NCBI GenBank assembly: GCA_964035545.1
Contig: OZ037773.1
Location: forward strand, 1,889,751 to 1,953,750
Direction of reading: 5' to 3'
Length of the DNA: 64,000 nucleotides
Origin: Bugula neritina
Lineage: Eukaryota; Animalia; Bryozoa
The notes under the pieces were generated by a model. It was not told where the DNA came from. It ran no database searches and worked only from the letters and a program-made list of their open reading frames with translations. The translations under genes were made by a program, and so were the position numbers. The number at the start of each line of letters is the position of its first letter. Position 1 is the first letter of the stretch. Below are positions 13,433 to 46,860 of the stretch, one piece after another.

Positions 13433-15724
13433 TTTTAGTCAACATGAAAACAATTTTAAACATCTAGTGATTTAGTGATAGAAGTCATTAGCTGGCATGA
13501 TTTGCACAGCATTTCAAAGTTCTATTAACCTCTAGATTTTAAAGAGATTTGTTTTGTGTTTTTTTCAGTGGTCTGTGTTTACTGCGTTGCTAGTCGTTGG
13601 TACAGTTTCAGTCGGAAACTAACAACGAGTAGTCATTCACCATAGCCGTGGTAATACTCTCTGTCATTTACTGGTAGTCATAAGTTTTCAGTAGTTAGTA
13701 GAGAACTTTACTTATTCTAGTGTATCTGTCACTCGCTCATTAACAGTCATTGTAGTAGTGTGCCTTCTTGAGTCACAATGTTTCTATGCAGATGTCGCAG
13801 GACCACACAATATACTGGGCCATACTGGTATACACAGGTCCTTAAAGGTCTATACTGGCCTATACTAATGCTTAAATATCGAACTTTAGATGTTTGTTTG
13901 ATTTCAATTGATTATTTTATTTCTTATATAAGCCCTAGTTTTGAAAATTGTGTGTAATTTAACGGCTTCAAATGTGTGTATATTTTTATATATTTATAAC
14001 TAAACTTATGGTTAGATTTTTCGAAATTGTCCGTTTCCTTACCAAAATTCCAATTTAATGTCTTTTTATGCTAGAATCCGTCCAACTGCTTTAATTCCAG
14101 TTCCAGCAGAACATATTTTTGTTTCTGGACTCAAATATTGAATTTAATTTTTTCATTATATTTATTTATTTACAAAATAAAATTGCATTTTGATATTCAA
14201 GACCTTGGGGTTTGAGTTTGTGGCATTTTCCTAGCTTGTTTATGAATTTTGAAAAGGCTTATTGCGAGCCTATACCATATTGCCCAGCCTGAAGTTGTCC
14301 CTCGGTGTTGCTTCATGAGAATAAAATCATTCACATTTAATTTATGAAACTGATTCAGCAGTCACTACTGAAAATATACAATAGTATCGGTATGGTACCT
14401 AAAGTAGATTTCACTGTATATCATGACTTGGTCTGTCCTACTCCCTGGTTCAGTCTGGAACCACTCCTCACTGGACCCACTCCTAACTAGTCCAATCCAG
14501 TATCGCTCCTCACTGGTTCGACCCAGTATCGTTCCTCACTGGTCCCACTCCTAACTGGTCCAGTTTGGTCTCACTCCCAATTGGTCTAGTCTGGTCTGAC
14601 CCCTAACTGGTCTAGTTTGGTACTCACTAGTCCAGTCGGGTACCACTCCTCATTGGTGCAGGAGATGTGGTTCTACTCACCACCAGTTGAAGTCTGAGGC
14701 AATCGGCTCAGCTCTCCAGCTGAGGTTGTGTCCAGACTCCAGATTACATTCATTTCTGCCCGTTACATTTAATGTGAATCTCTTAATTTCTTGCTGCAAC
14801 TTACAAGTTATGCTGAAAGTAGATCACTGCTTCAACTACTTTGTCAGAAAATAAAAATTTTGATGAAGCAAAATGACTAACAGTTCCACTTGAACTGGAA
14901 TTTGAAAACATCAAGGTAACCTCCTTGTTTACTCAATAGGTTTATAAAATATTTGCATTTACAAAATTGAGTAACAAGTGTATATTGAAATGTAATATAA
15001 ACTCCAGTCTGTGTGTGACCTGTCTAATATACTCGTAATACATGTTTCAAGGTGCACTTTTACTAGTCTAATTTACCCAGTTGAGAATATCAAAACATTT
15101 TATAGGCATTAGTAGTTAGTAACTTAATTCAGTTGGAAATTTTTTTCTGTACTTACAGCAATGTGCAGAGCTGCAATAAACTGCCAATAAACTTCCAATT
15201 GCTCGTAGAGCAAGCATTGCCTATAGCCCTAGTCAGCATCAACTCATGCCTGTTATAAATTGCCTACTACTGCACTTCACACTAAATTATCATAACGTTT
15301 ACTTTATAGTACTAAATTCTGATGAGGAAAGTAATCTATCAATCGGAGTTTATATATCATTTATATAGGAAATATTTTAAAATAAACATCTAAGTCATGC
15401 ATTACAATATATATAACTATAAAAAATAGGGTAAACGTTTGCAGGCGATTGCGGGGGGGGGGGGGGATTGTCAAACATTTAAGATAAAACCATAACAAAA
15501 GCACCATAAAAAGTAGAAGAAAAACGCCAATACTTATTGGAAGTAGAAGCCCAGTTCATTAAAACATCAAACATCATCAAAATAGAATTAAGTAGAGGTT
15601 TTCATCTGTAAAAGTAATACGAGACTAGTGTTTACTGGCTCTGCCCAGCTGAGCATAAACTTCCTGTTTTCATGTCAGGATAAATAGAGCTGGTGATGAG
15701 CTGATTGACTTAGTCGGAGTTGTC

Positions 15725-18700
15725 CTACATGTCGGTGATGGCAAGAGGGGAGGAGGAGCCATCTGACGTTACGCTACTTCGCTGTCTCGCAGAGTGGCAG
15801 CGACAACAGTAAAGGTGACCGTCAATAGGAAAGCAGCCGTTATCCGCTACCTCAGTCGACATTACGACACCGCAGTTCTGTAATGTAGAGTTAATATTAT
15901 CATAGGACAGTTCTGTAATGTAGAGTCAGTATTATCATAGCACAGTTCTGCAATGTAGAGTTAGTATTATTATACCACAATTCACAATGCAATGACAGCA
16001 GATTGTACAGTTTTTGCTGTAACAACTAGCGTCTAAAGTAGCTACTGTAACACCACACCTCACATTTATAACAGGTCACGTGGAAGTTTCTGTCCAATGC
16101 CACGACTCTTACAGTCTCCACTCCATTGCCATCTGGCAAGATGGGCTGTCTGCATACACTACATCTGGGAGCATACTTCCTGTAACCATAGTAACATTTA
16201 TACTTCCTGTAACCATAGTAACATTTATACTTCATGTAACCATACTAACAGACACTACCTATAACCAAATGAGCACAATATCTCGTAACATATATACTTC
16301 CTGCAACTATAGCAACATATACGCTTCCTTTGACCATAGCAATATACATACAATCGGTATTTTTATAATGCAATAGCAAACAGTGTACAGTTGAAGTGTA
16401 GAATAGAGTTATCAGCCCCTACATGTGGAAGTCCTCAACGCAATGAATCTTGTTGTGAGAGTCGACTGTGAAGGGGATACCATCCAAACTCTTGTTACAG
16501 TGACAGCAAGTGAAACACTCTGGGTGGTAGACTTTGCCTACATAATAGTCAGTCAGATTGAAACAATGTAAGACAACTTCTAATATTCTCTCAACGTGAT
16601 GACGTCATACCTGTAGCTCTCAGGATCCTCTCAGTCACAGGTAACCAACACTCCTGGCACTTCTCCAACGTGTTCACATGACAACCTTCACACAGCACCT
16701 TCTCCTCAACAGCATAGAAAGAGTGGCCAGTCAGCTGTCGGTCTGCAGCAGACATCATTGAGGTATATTACAGACATCATTGAGGTATATTACAGACATC
16801 ATTGAGGTATATTATACACATCATTGAGGTATATTATACACATCATTGAGGTACATTATAGAAATCGTTGGGGTATATTATACACATCATTGGGGTATAT
16901 TATAGACATCATTGAGGTATGTTACAGACATCATTGAGGTATGTTATACACATCATTGAGGTATATTATAGACATCATTGAGGTCTGTTATACACATCAT
17001 TGAGGTATATTATAGACATCATCGAGGTATGTTACAGACATCATTGGGGTATATTATAGACATCGTTGAGGTATATTATAGACATCATTAGGGTATAATA
17101 TATTATATACTACATTAACTACATACTATACACTGTGTACTACATGCTGTACACTGTGTACTACATACTATACACTGTGTACTACATACTATACACTGTG
17201 TACTACATACTATACACTGTGTACTACATACTATACACTGTGTACTACATACTATACACTGTGTACTACATACTATACACTGTGTACTACATACTATACA
17301 CTGTGTACTACATGCTGTACACTGTGTACTACATACTATACACTGTGTACTACATGCTATACACTGTGTACTACATGCTATACACTGTGTACTACATGCT
17401 GTACACTGTGTACTACATACTATACACTGTGTACTACATACTATACACTGTGTACTACATGCTGTACACTGTGTACTACATGCTATACACTGTGTACTAC
17501 ATGCTATACACTGTGTACTACATGCTATACACTGTGTACTACATGCTATACACTGTGTACTACATGCTCTATTCATATATCTTACGAGTACTTAAGATGT
17601 CCTGTTTACACATTATAATTAATACTACCTTTCACATTCATTCATTTATTTGTTCACTCCCTTTCACTCACTCAATCACTCTCTCACACTCACTCGCTCA
17701 CTCATTCACTCACCCACCCACCCACCCACTCGCTCACTCACTCACTCATTCACTCACTCAATCTTCCACCTACCAATCCATTAACTCACTCACATATTCA
17801 TCAGTATTAAGCATAAGCAAGCTTTAAATGAACTGGTGAACTCACTACAGGATTCACATGTAAAACATGCACTGTGGTAAAATCTATCCATAGCAGTACA
17901 GCCATCTTCCGACCTTTTAATAATATTCTGACATCGACTGCATACTCCTACACCAATCAGAAATCAGATAACAAAATGATGTAGAAGCATTCGGGTTAAT
18001 TGAAGTCATAAAATATTACAACGACTCAAGTTTAACTTCTTTATTACGTTGTCTCAGCATAAAATGGCTCTTCTAATCAAGAAAGCACAATTACAAAATT
18101 TCAATAATTGATTCATTAAAAACCCACAAAGATTTTAAACCCACCGGTGAACTCTGGTTCCGTTGAAGCCTGCTGCATATTCAACAGCAGCTTGGAGGTC
18201 AACACTTCCAGTTCCTTTTCCTGTGCAGACGTCGAAGGTTTCTGATCAGTTGATGAATTTGATCCATTGTTTTGTAGACCTGAGTGAATACAAGCAACCT
18301 GTTAATTAACTTCTGCTTAAATAATCTAACCACTTGATACAAAAGCTCTTGCAAGTTTAGAGTCGCTATCCCTGTGAGAAAACCCTGATAGAAGGGGTTT
18401 TTACTAAATTGAGCCAAGAACTTATTCAGATGAGGCACAGGAGCAATTATGACTGCATGCTTTTTCTAACATCACCAATGGCCTTTGTCTGGGCTCGAAA
18501 CCATGACTCCGTGTTTACTAGGCAAACGCTCTAACCCCTAGACCACGGCTGCTCCCTAACGTAACCACTTGACATTAAACATAATTCACATGCAAGAAGT
18601 CAATGAAAAAATATAATAATGAAATTTATTAACATAAACAAAGAATTAAAAAGCAGTCGCAACATGCCAGTTTAAACTGAACCCAAGTAGTCAAGCATGT

Positions 18701-18818
18701 GGCGGGCGAGATTGAACATTTACTTACTGGCTGAGTATTGCGGCAAGTTCTGAGGGTGATGATGACCAGGTTTAGGAGACACAAGAGCTGAGTGTGGTTT
18801 TATTGATATTGAAGACAT
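15725..18818 (-). CDS. LPP-like: Zyxin/LPP/TRIP6-family triple-LIM protein (LPP-like)
   Basis: Exons 18818-18728, 18279-18145, 17947-17846, 16742-16611, 16537-16423, 16179-16059, 15877-15725. They translate to [13 protein letters not shown] (pre-LIM NES-like helix), GVCSRC...[37 protein letters not shown]...[44 protein letters not shown] and [11 protein letters not shown], ending ITDM*. These match LPP/zyxin LIM1-3. The start codon is uncertain: ATG at 18818, or an upstream exon with an ATG at 20145. Confidence 0.93.
16750..17095. repeat. Intronic minisatellite, 22-nt unit (CAGACATCATTGAGGTATATTA)
   Basis: Visible tandem array next to the LIM exon acceptor. Confidence 0.93.
17115..17570. repeat. 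Intronic minisatellite, 21-nt unit (TACTACATACTATACACTGTG)
   Basis: Visible array; explains the spurious CSTQCIV ORF. Confidence 0.95.
18349..18556 (-). mobile_element. tRNA-derived SINE (tRNA-Thr(AGT)-like head), copy 1
   Basis: Reverse complement begins GGGAGCAGCCGTGGTCTAGGGGTTAGAGCG...CTAGTAAAC...GGTTTCGAGCCC (A box, AGT anticodon loop, B box). The body is shared with the copies at 21371, 54053 and 56851. Confidence 0.88.
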
Positions 18819-20029
18819 GGTAGCAGCCAACCTAATAATAAAGACACTCATTTCACAGCACGATATTTATATGCAGATTCTAAGATTAAAAATTTCCGAT
18901 CCCGTTTACACATAAACCACATCAGATTTTTTAAATTCAAAGTTTTAACCAATACTATGATTATAACTTTTATCATTATAAGCTAGCTTTACTTAGAGAA
19001 TCAATGTGAATGGTCTAGTATTAAATTTTGCTACTGCCTATAAGTTATCAATGTGTCTGAGAAACTCAAACTCTTTTCAATTTGTGAATTAAACAAAATC
19101 AACATGATGATCTTAATAAAATGATCTATACTGTTTGTTATTATGATTATCTTTCAGTTAGTGGCCGTGGTACTAGGAGTGAATAAACTTCAAGTTAAAC
19201 ATTTTTAGAAGTTTTAATTTTACTAAACAACTATACACTAGCCCCTATCAGTATCACTATGACTAGTATCGGCAACGTTAGGCGCTACGTCTACAGTGAC
19301 TCTGAATGCTTGACTAGGCCCACTAATAGTAATACTAGCACTAACACTAGTCTACTGCTACCACTATGACTAACACTTACACTAACTATCACTATGACTA
19401 CCATATTGATATCCATATGGATATTGAATTTGAAATATTTATCATCATCATCATTTTGATTTAAACTATAATAAATACTTATAATAATAATTTAATCTTA
19501 TAATGTTAATACTAATAGTAATAGTAGTACTAATACTCAGTATTACTAATAGTTATAGTCAACAATTATAATATTAAAGACTACATTATGAATTTATTAT
19601 TAATATTCATATTGATATACTAATACTTATACTTATAGTTATACTATAGTAATAGAATAATTCACAATCATAATGATAATGATAATCATAATATGGATAA
19701 CTATTCATATTGATTATCATTATCATTATGATTATTCATTATGATAACACTAATACTAATAGTAATAGACTTAGAGTAATACCAATGAGTAATACTAATA
19801 GTAAATGTAATAGTAATACTAATACTTTAATAGTAATACTAATAAAAATAGATCTTATAGTTATTGTATAATTTATATAAATATTGAATTACTATTTACT
19901 CTTAGTCTTACAGTTAGTACTGCTATGAGTATGAGTTTATCGGCAAATTTTGCAAATAACAAATAACTCTGACTTGAGAAATTAAAGAGGAAAGTGGAGT
20001 AATGGAGAATTTGCAGAAAATAAAATTAC

Positions 20030-20330
20030 TCTAGTGTACAGCCGTGGTTGGACTTAGGAGATTTCGATCTCGTTGGCCAATTAAAGCATTGATAATAAAC
20101 TTTCAGATGTTGAAAGTGGATTTGCTCAAACCTCATCGGAGCCATATCCGGTATCGCTTCTTAGACCGTCCTGCATAGTTGTTCCTATTGGTCAGCCCTT
20201 AAAAACGATATCAACATTACTACCAATTTTGGCCCGACCACATAGAAATAGTTGTCAGGCCTGTAAGGAAGAGCTCTACCCCCTTATCATTGCCACTGCC
20301 CACTGCAGCTATTACTACTCAAAGAACAAA
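20030..20330. promoter_or_regulatory. Candidate bidirectional promoter / first-exon region between the divergent LPP-like and KLC genes
   Basis: GC-richer island inside a ~2-kb AT-rich triplet-repeat tract, with opposed ATTGG (~20187) and CCAAT (~20223) boxes and a candidate minus-strand first exon (ATG 20145, donor ~20029). Function inferred from position only. Confidence 0.4.
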
Positions 20331-20970
20331 ATATAATCAAAATTACTAATTACCTAAATCATTAAACTAGTTTTAGTTCAGTGGACTAAGTAACCAAAAG
20401 CGTTTTAGCGCTCGGCATAAAATTAAATCATAAATCATTAAATGGTAAACTAAACCGAATATCAATATTAATAATAATAAACAATTTTATTTACTTTTAC
20501 TTTTAGCTTTACAGTTTACTGATCCAAGTCTATATTTTTACTTTTGGTTTTAGTTTTACACATTCATTTGTCTTACGATTATCATTATGATAATGAATAT
20601 TATATACTCAAATATACTTATGGTTATAGTATTAGTTGTACTAAAAGTAAAACTCAAAAGTAAATTATAAATATAATAATAATACTTATACTTGGTGATT
20701 AGTCCTATAGTTATACTAATAGTAATATTTGTAGTTATACTTATTGTTTCGGTAACAGTTTGAGTTTACTTTGTCATTGATCATTGATGAATTTATTGAT
20801 GTGGTTGTGTGACAAACATTTGATTTATATTAAATTGTATTCTCTATCATATTTTAATTTATATTAACTTCAACTTCAAATAATAGTGATACTGACTTAC
20901 ATCCAAACTAAATCTGATACCTAATAAGAGTAAAACTATAGTCATACTAGTAATACTACTACTGCTACTG

Positions 20971-21015
<45 letters not shown>

Positions 21016-21370
21016 ATAAGAGCATGACTCAGTCTCATACAGTTATGAGTCATGCTCCTACGGCTACTGATACTTAAATGATACTTGTCATTGTACTCAC
21101 ACTAGGAGAAAGCAAAACTCTTAATTTTTGGCACTCTTGCTCTTAGTCTTAGAGACTTAAACCCATTTTGACTTTAACTCTTACAGCTACTACTCCAATG
21201 TACCTCAAGTCATAAGTGTCAGTGTTTCGAGACCCATACTTTCTCTTAAAGTTAGTAAGAGCCTACGAAATAAGAGGCATTAGACTTACTTTATGTTAGT
21301 TAGCATAAGTTTAAGTTACTACAGTGTCTGAATATGAATATATCTGTTACTAACAGATATATTCTGTTAA

Positions 21371-21580
21371 GGAAGCAGGCGTGGTCTATGGGTTATAGCG
21401 TTTGCCTAGTAAGCACAAAGTCATGGGTTCAAACCCTGACAAAGGCCATTGCTGATGTTAGGGAAAGCATCCAGTCATAATTGCTCCTGTGCCTTGTCTA
21501 AATAAGTCCTTAACCCGCTTTAAAATAAAACCCTTTCCATCAGGGGTTTCTCACAGGAATAGCGACTATAAACTTGCGTG
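21371..21580 (+). mobile_element. tRNA-derived SINE, copy 2
   Basis: TGGTCTATGGG A box, CTAGTAA loop, GGTTCAAACC B box; body CATCCAGTCATAATTGCTCCTGTGCC...GCGACTATAAACTTGC shared with the other copies. Confidence 0.88.
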
Positions 21581-23751
21581 AGTTTATAGTCGCTATCGCT
21601 TTTCAAGTTTACTTTGAAAATTACAGAAAAACTTTATATTCGAAGAATAATTTTTAGTATTTAAATCATTTTTCTGTATGACAAACATGCAAATAAAATT
21701 GCAATAATAGTATTTTGTGAAATATTATGGTTATAGCTATTGCTACTACAACTATAGACTTTTACTATTGCCATTATTGTTGGTGTTATCACTATTGGTT
21801 GTGTCATGGTTTAAACTGGTGTAGTTTTACCAGGGTATGATGGATAAAAGGGTTTTAAGATGCTAGCTGATCTTAATAGCGTTGTCTGTTGATTCAGTAT
21901 TTATTCCAAGTAGTATTATTTAGTATGCAGTCCTGCACGTAGCCCTTAAGAGCTGATATTAATAAAGTGATGGCTTCAAGGTTCCAGCACTTTTTTATTT
22001 CTGTACTTCTTTCTCATTTAATTGATGTTCCTCAATATCAATAGTCATTGCTTTTAATTACACTTACCATATACGCCAATATCAAACTATTCATTTGTAG
22101 TTACTCTCTCACTCACCCACTTGCTATCTACGTACTCACTTAATTTTTCATTTACTCTCGCACCCACTTACTCTTTCGTGTACCTTTTTACTTTCTCTCC
22201 CACTAACTTACTTTTTTTTCTCATTTACTTGTTCATTAATCAAATCTACTAACTTAGATATCTACATGCTTTAGAGTCTGGAAGTCACCTGACAGCTGGG
22301 AAAGAACAACTCCAATCTATAAGTTTGAAGAGTGGGGAGTTTGAGAGACCTAAAAATATTTACCTGCAGAAATATGCTGAAAGTCTCTACTTAAAATTCC
22401 GGCCCTGAAAGGTAGGAGCTGTGTGTAGTGAAATATTCTACACGCAGGTCTGTATTCTCATGTATGGTGTTTTACTTATAGCATGTGTCCCTTGCTGTGC
22501 AACTGTAAGCTCACCATTTAGTTGGCATTTAAGAATAGTTTGTAAATAATATTAGAATAACACATTCAGAGGTCTTTAATTGTAGACTGGTGTTGGCAGA
22601 GTTGATTCTTGTTTTATTTCTAATACTAGTAAATAGTTGATTGGTTCTAGAAGTAGTAGTCTGTCTGTGTGTCATGATATCAGTTAGCGTTGAATTGTTT
22701 CCTATATTCACTTAATTCCAGTGCTATACATTTGATTAGTTATAACATTATTTTATCCAATTTTCCAACAACCCAACTCTTAGTTCTAGTCCAGCAATAA
22801 TTGTATACAAATGGTTGTGTTAGGAGTTGTCTTCTTCAACAGTGTGCATTTTGTAAGGCAAAATAACTCCTGTTTTTATGGTTATATGATTCGTGTATAT
22901 ACACAAAAACTGAAACTCTTGCGTCTAACTACTCTACTCACCATAGCCCACCATTCTACTCACCATAGCCCACCATTGTTTATATATCTTCTTTTTCAAC
23001 CTGTTTTTACAATTTGATGGGACATTTATAGGAGATATGTTGGGCCCAAGGCTATGACGCGACTGACAAACTTATTTCGTGTAATTAATACGCTCTGCCA
23101 GTGAAGAAGTGAATAATGATGCTCTTGTAGTGTGATGCCTAGGCAACATAGATATCAGCTCTCTATTTGATATCCATTCATGATATGTATTAGTAAACAG
23201 TATATCACTTTATAATAGCAGTTAATTAGTCAGCAATTGTTGATATAGTAACTGTTGGTGTAGTAACTTTCTCTAATTACTAATTATATGATAATTAGCT
23301 GGTGTTTGTATTCATTGTGTCGGCCCTAGACATGCTTTACTAAGGCTAATATTGGAGGGAGAGAGGTGCTGAGGCTATGTATTACACACTGTATAGCTGT
23401 GTGCACTAGATTCTCTGCTAGATAGTGCATAGTACTTGTTCACTGTGTGAACTACACAACATATTCAGTATTGATTTTCCTATTCATCAGTTAGACACCA
23501 GCTATTAGCTGATAGAGGGCTGTATTGTCAACATACACACTCGTCATAGCCTTTACTACAGCTGCTCCTTCTACTCCTTTAGTACAGCTCTGCTGGTACA
23601 CCATCTTATCAGTTGTACTCTCTCACTACCAGTTGTACTCTCTCACTGTAAGTCTTACTCTCTCACTGTAAGTCGTACTCTGTCACTGTCAGTCGTACTC
23701 TGTCACTGTTAGTCGTACTTTCTCACTACCGGTCATACTCTATCACCAACT

Positions 23752-34330
<10,579 letters not shown>

Positions 34331-36559
34331 CGTCTGTCCGCTGTTAGATTACTCTGAATCTCAACAACTACTTTCGTTGCAACATCTCTACTGATTGGTT
34401 GCTATTACATTTCTTTCTTCTGATTGGCTACCCTGGTAGAAGCTGGTTGGCTCTGCAACTGATACACCATTCCTTAATTACAACAGTATAATGTTTGGCT
34501 TTACTAGAACTGTAGGTTATTGTAACGTTGTGTGCTAGTCATGTATTACTGAGTGTTTCTGTAATGATAGCAACTGTTTGTATCTCTGTAACCATAGCAA
34601 CCTGTTTTCTCTATTGCATAGAGACTCCCTATTTGTCTAGTCTAAATATATTTATTCTACGTGTTTACCAAGTGTATCTCGTATTACCCCTAGAATAGGC
34701 CTGTATACCGTATAGTATATTACAGCTGCTTTTACTCTGTATTACTTAGTGATATGTGCACTGCAATACTCTAACATCAAGATTTAATACTTTGTGATTC
34801 AATTTTTTCTACTTTATTTTGTGTGTCATATCTGAATACCCAAAATGCCTCACTTTTGCCACCAATTGATTAGTCATTATGTATCACATTTATTATATTA
34901 ATTAGCAATTATTATTTATTAGCCATGTATAAAAAAGTAAGTTTTTTTATTTAATGTTATACTAGGTGTTCTGTAATATAAATGATATATTGGAACTTTA
35001 CATTGGAGTTATGCTTTCTTTTCATCCTTCAAGCTTTTTACAAGCCATAATTATATACTATACCTGGCTTATCAAAATGCGTTTCATTCTAAATAATTCA
35101 GTTTCAACAAATATTGCTCTTGACTGTGTTTAGTAATCCTCTACTTCCTCTACATTTGGCCATATTACGCACACTATGTTATACACTGTATTACTCACTT
35201 ACTACATATGATTCATCTAATTACACACTATGTTACATCGTGTTTTACATCCTCAATATTATATAGTGTGTTACATATTATACACACCAAATTACATGGT
35301 ATTACACCCCTTCTTACATTCAGTATTACACAAAAATGTAATCACGCTGGGGGTGTGCCATCATCTCATATTCTAACCTTGACATTTGACATCCTTTGTG
35401 CCTCATTTTTCTATGTTTACAGTTTATCCTCATAGCTACAGGTGGTGTACATTGCTGTGTTTCATATGCATTAGTGACTATAAATGTGAAATATTTCGTA
35501 ATCTCTCTCTGGCAACAGGATGTTGCTGGTTTCAAGGGGTGGGTCACAACCGTTTGACCCCTTGACCTATTTACACTTCCAACAGCAACTCTATCAACAT
35601 CTGTTACTGCTCTAATAATAACCTGGATGTGCCACTTTAATGTCAATCAACTCCAGTGTTACAACACAATGGTTACGTAAACTGTAACTCCAGTTTCCTT
35701 GTACAAACAGTACATTGTCTATTAAACTGTGTCCGTCAGCGCTATACAATTTAAAGATTATTGATCAAGATTTTGTTTTCAACATCTCCGTGGCAGTCAT
35801 ATTTAATGTGAGTGCATATGCACCAAATACAGACAATGGCATTACTTATACACGCCACAATAGATTGTATGAATTCATATAGATGTGCGATTAAACACAA
35901 TGGCTAACACTTCCTTTTCTAGAGAAATAAACAGATGAGATTTTAGTGTCTCAAAACACTACAAGAAATGCTTGTCTAAACTGTTCAGCATCAACTGACC
36001 TCCGAATGCATAGAAACATGATTAATCTGCAGGTTTTTCACACTCTAAACAAAGACAGTTAGCCGTTTCTTATTTCATCAAAACATTTTATTAATAAAAT
36101 TAAATTAAAGCAGCCTGTAAGGCTAACCATCATCAGATCTGAAATGAGTAACATGCGAATCATGCAGCACATATGTGACTCTTGAATAGCATGACAATTT
36201 TATCTATTGAGTATGTACACAGAAATTCAAAACTTTACATTTTATTTGAGCATGAAAATATTTATAAAGAATAAACCAGTTCCCTCTATGAAAAATTATT
36301 GTTTATAAAATATATATATTCTTATTACACAGGAGAATATAAATGTAAAGGAGTATATCAAAATAATTGGAAATGGCAACTAGAGTTGACATAGCATAGG
36401 CAGTCACTGAGAGATATCTGGATGACCATCAAAGTTCTTTTGAGTCACCGAATGAGTCACTGACTGAATGAACGAGTGAGTGAGTGACTGAATGAGTGAG
36501 TTACTCAATCACTGACTGAATGAGTGACTGACTGAGTTAGTGAGCAGAATTACTCTAAT

Positions 36560-46510
<9,951 letters not shown>

Positions 46511-46733
46511 ATTTACACTGTCTATATCACCACTGGCACTTCTTCACTATCACTAACAGATTTTTCTGTAAAATATAAAAGACACAAAATCATAGGCTTT
46601 GGCATAGAAAAATATCTGCTACGGTTGATGTGAGTGTTGGCTACTATTATATTTTCAAAAAGCATATTAGTTAAACCAGTTGTCACAATTCATAACAATT
46701 CCTACTAACAAATGAATATTAAATAGCACTCAC

Positions 46734-46860
46734 CTTTTCTGGTGCAGATCTCGTCTGCGAATGAAGCGACTTTCACGTGTTGTACTTATTTATAAGGCAA
46801 CCGCTTTGCGGCTTAGTATAGTAGGCAACAGAGCGTGACGTGAACAACCCTAGCTGACGT
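46734..46860 (-). promoter_or_regulatory. Core promoter and non-coding exon 1 of the WAP/PNG gene
   Basis: Minus strand: TATAAATA (46794-46787), Inr-like TCATTC about 30 nt downstream (46764-46759), short exon ending AAG|GTGAGT; two TGACGT (CRE-like) motifs at 46836-46841 and 46855-46860. Confidence 0.72.

Noticed and set aside
16750-17095. Regular repeats as a possible CRISPR array (also 26105-26500 and 45830-46445)
   Set aside because: Head-to-tail units without unique spacers, in spliceosomal introns, with no cas genes.
17115-17827. Cys-rich CSTQCIV ORF resembling a metallothionein or keratin-associated protein
   Set aside because: 21-nt intronic minisatellite, open in several frames, with no splice or phase support.
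18480-18556. tRNA-Thr gene (also 21371 and 54053)
   Set aside because: No acceptor-stem pairing, and each continues into a shared ~140-nt body; these are SINE heads.
35326-35646. 106-aa ORF or alternative KLC last exon
   Set aside because: No similarity to known KLC tails and weak splice support; more likely 3' UTR or intergenic sequence.
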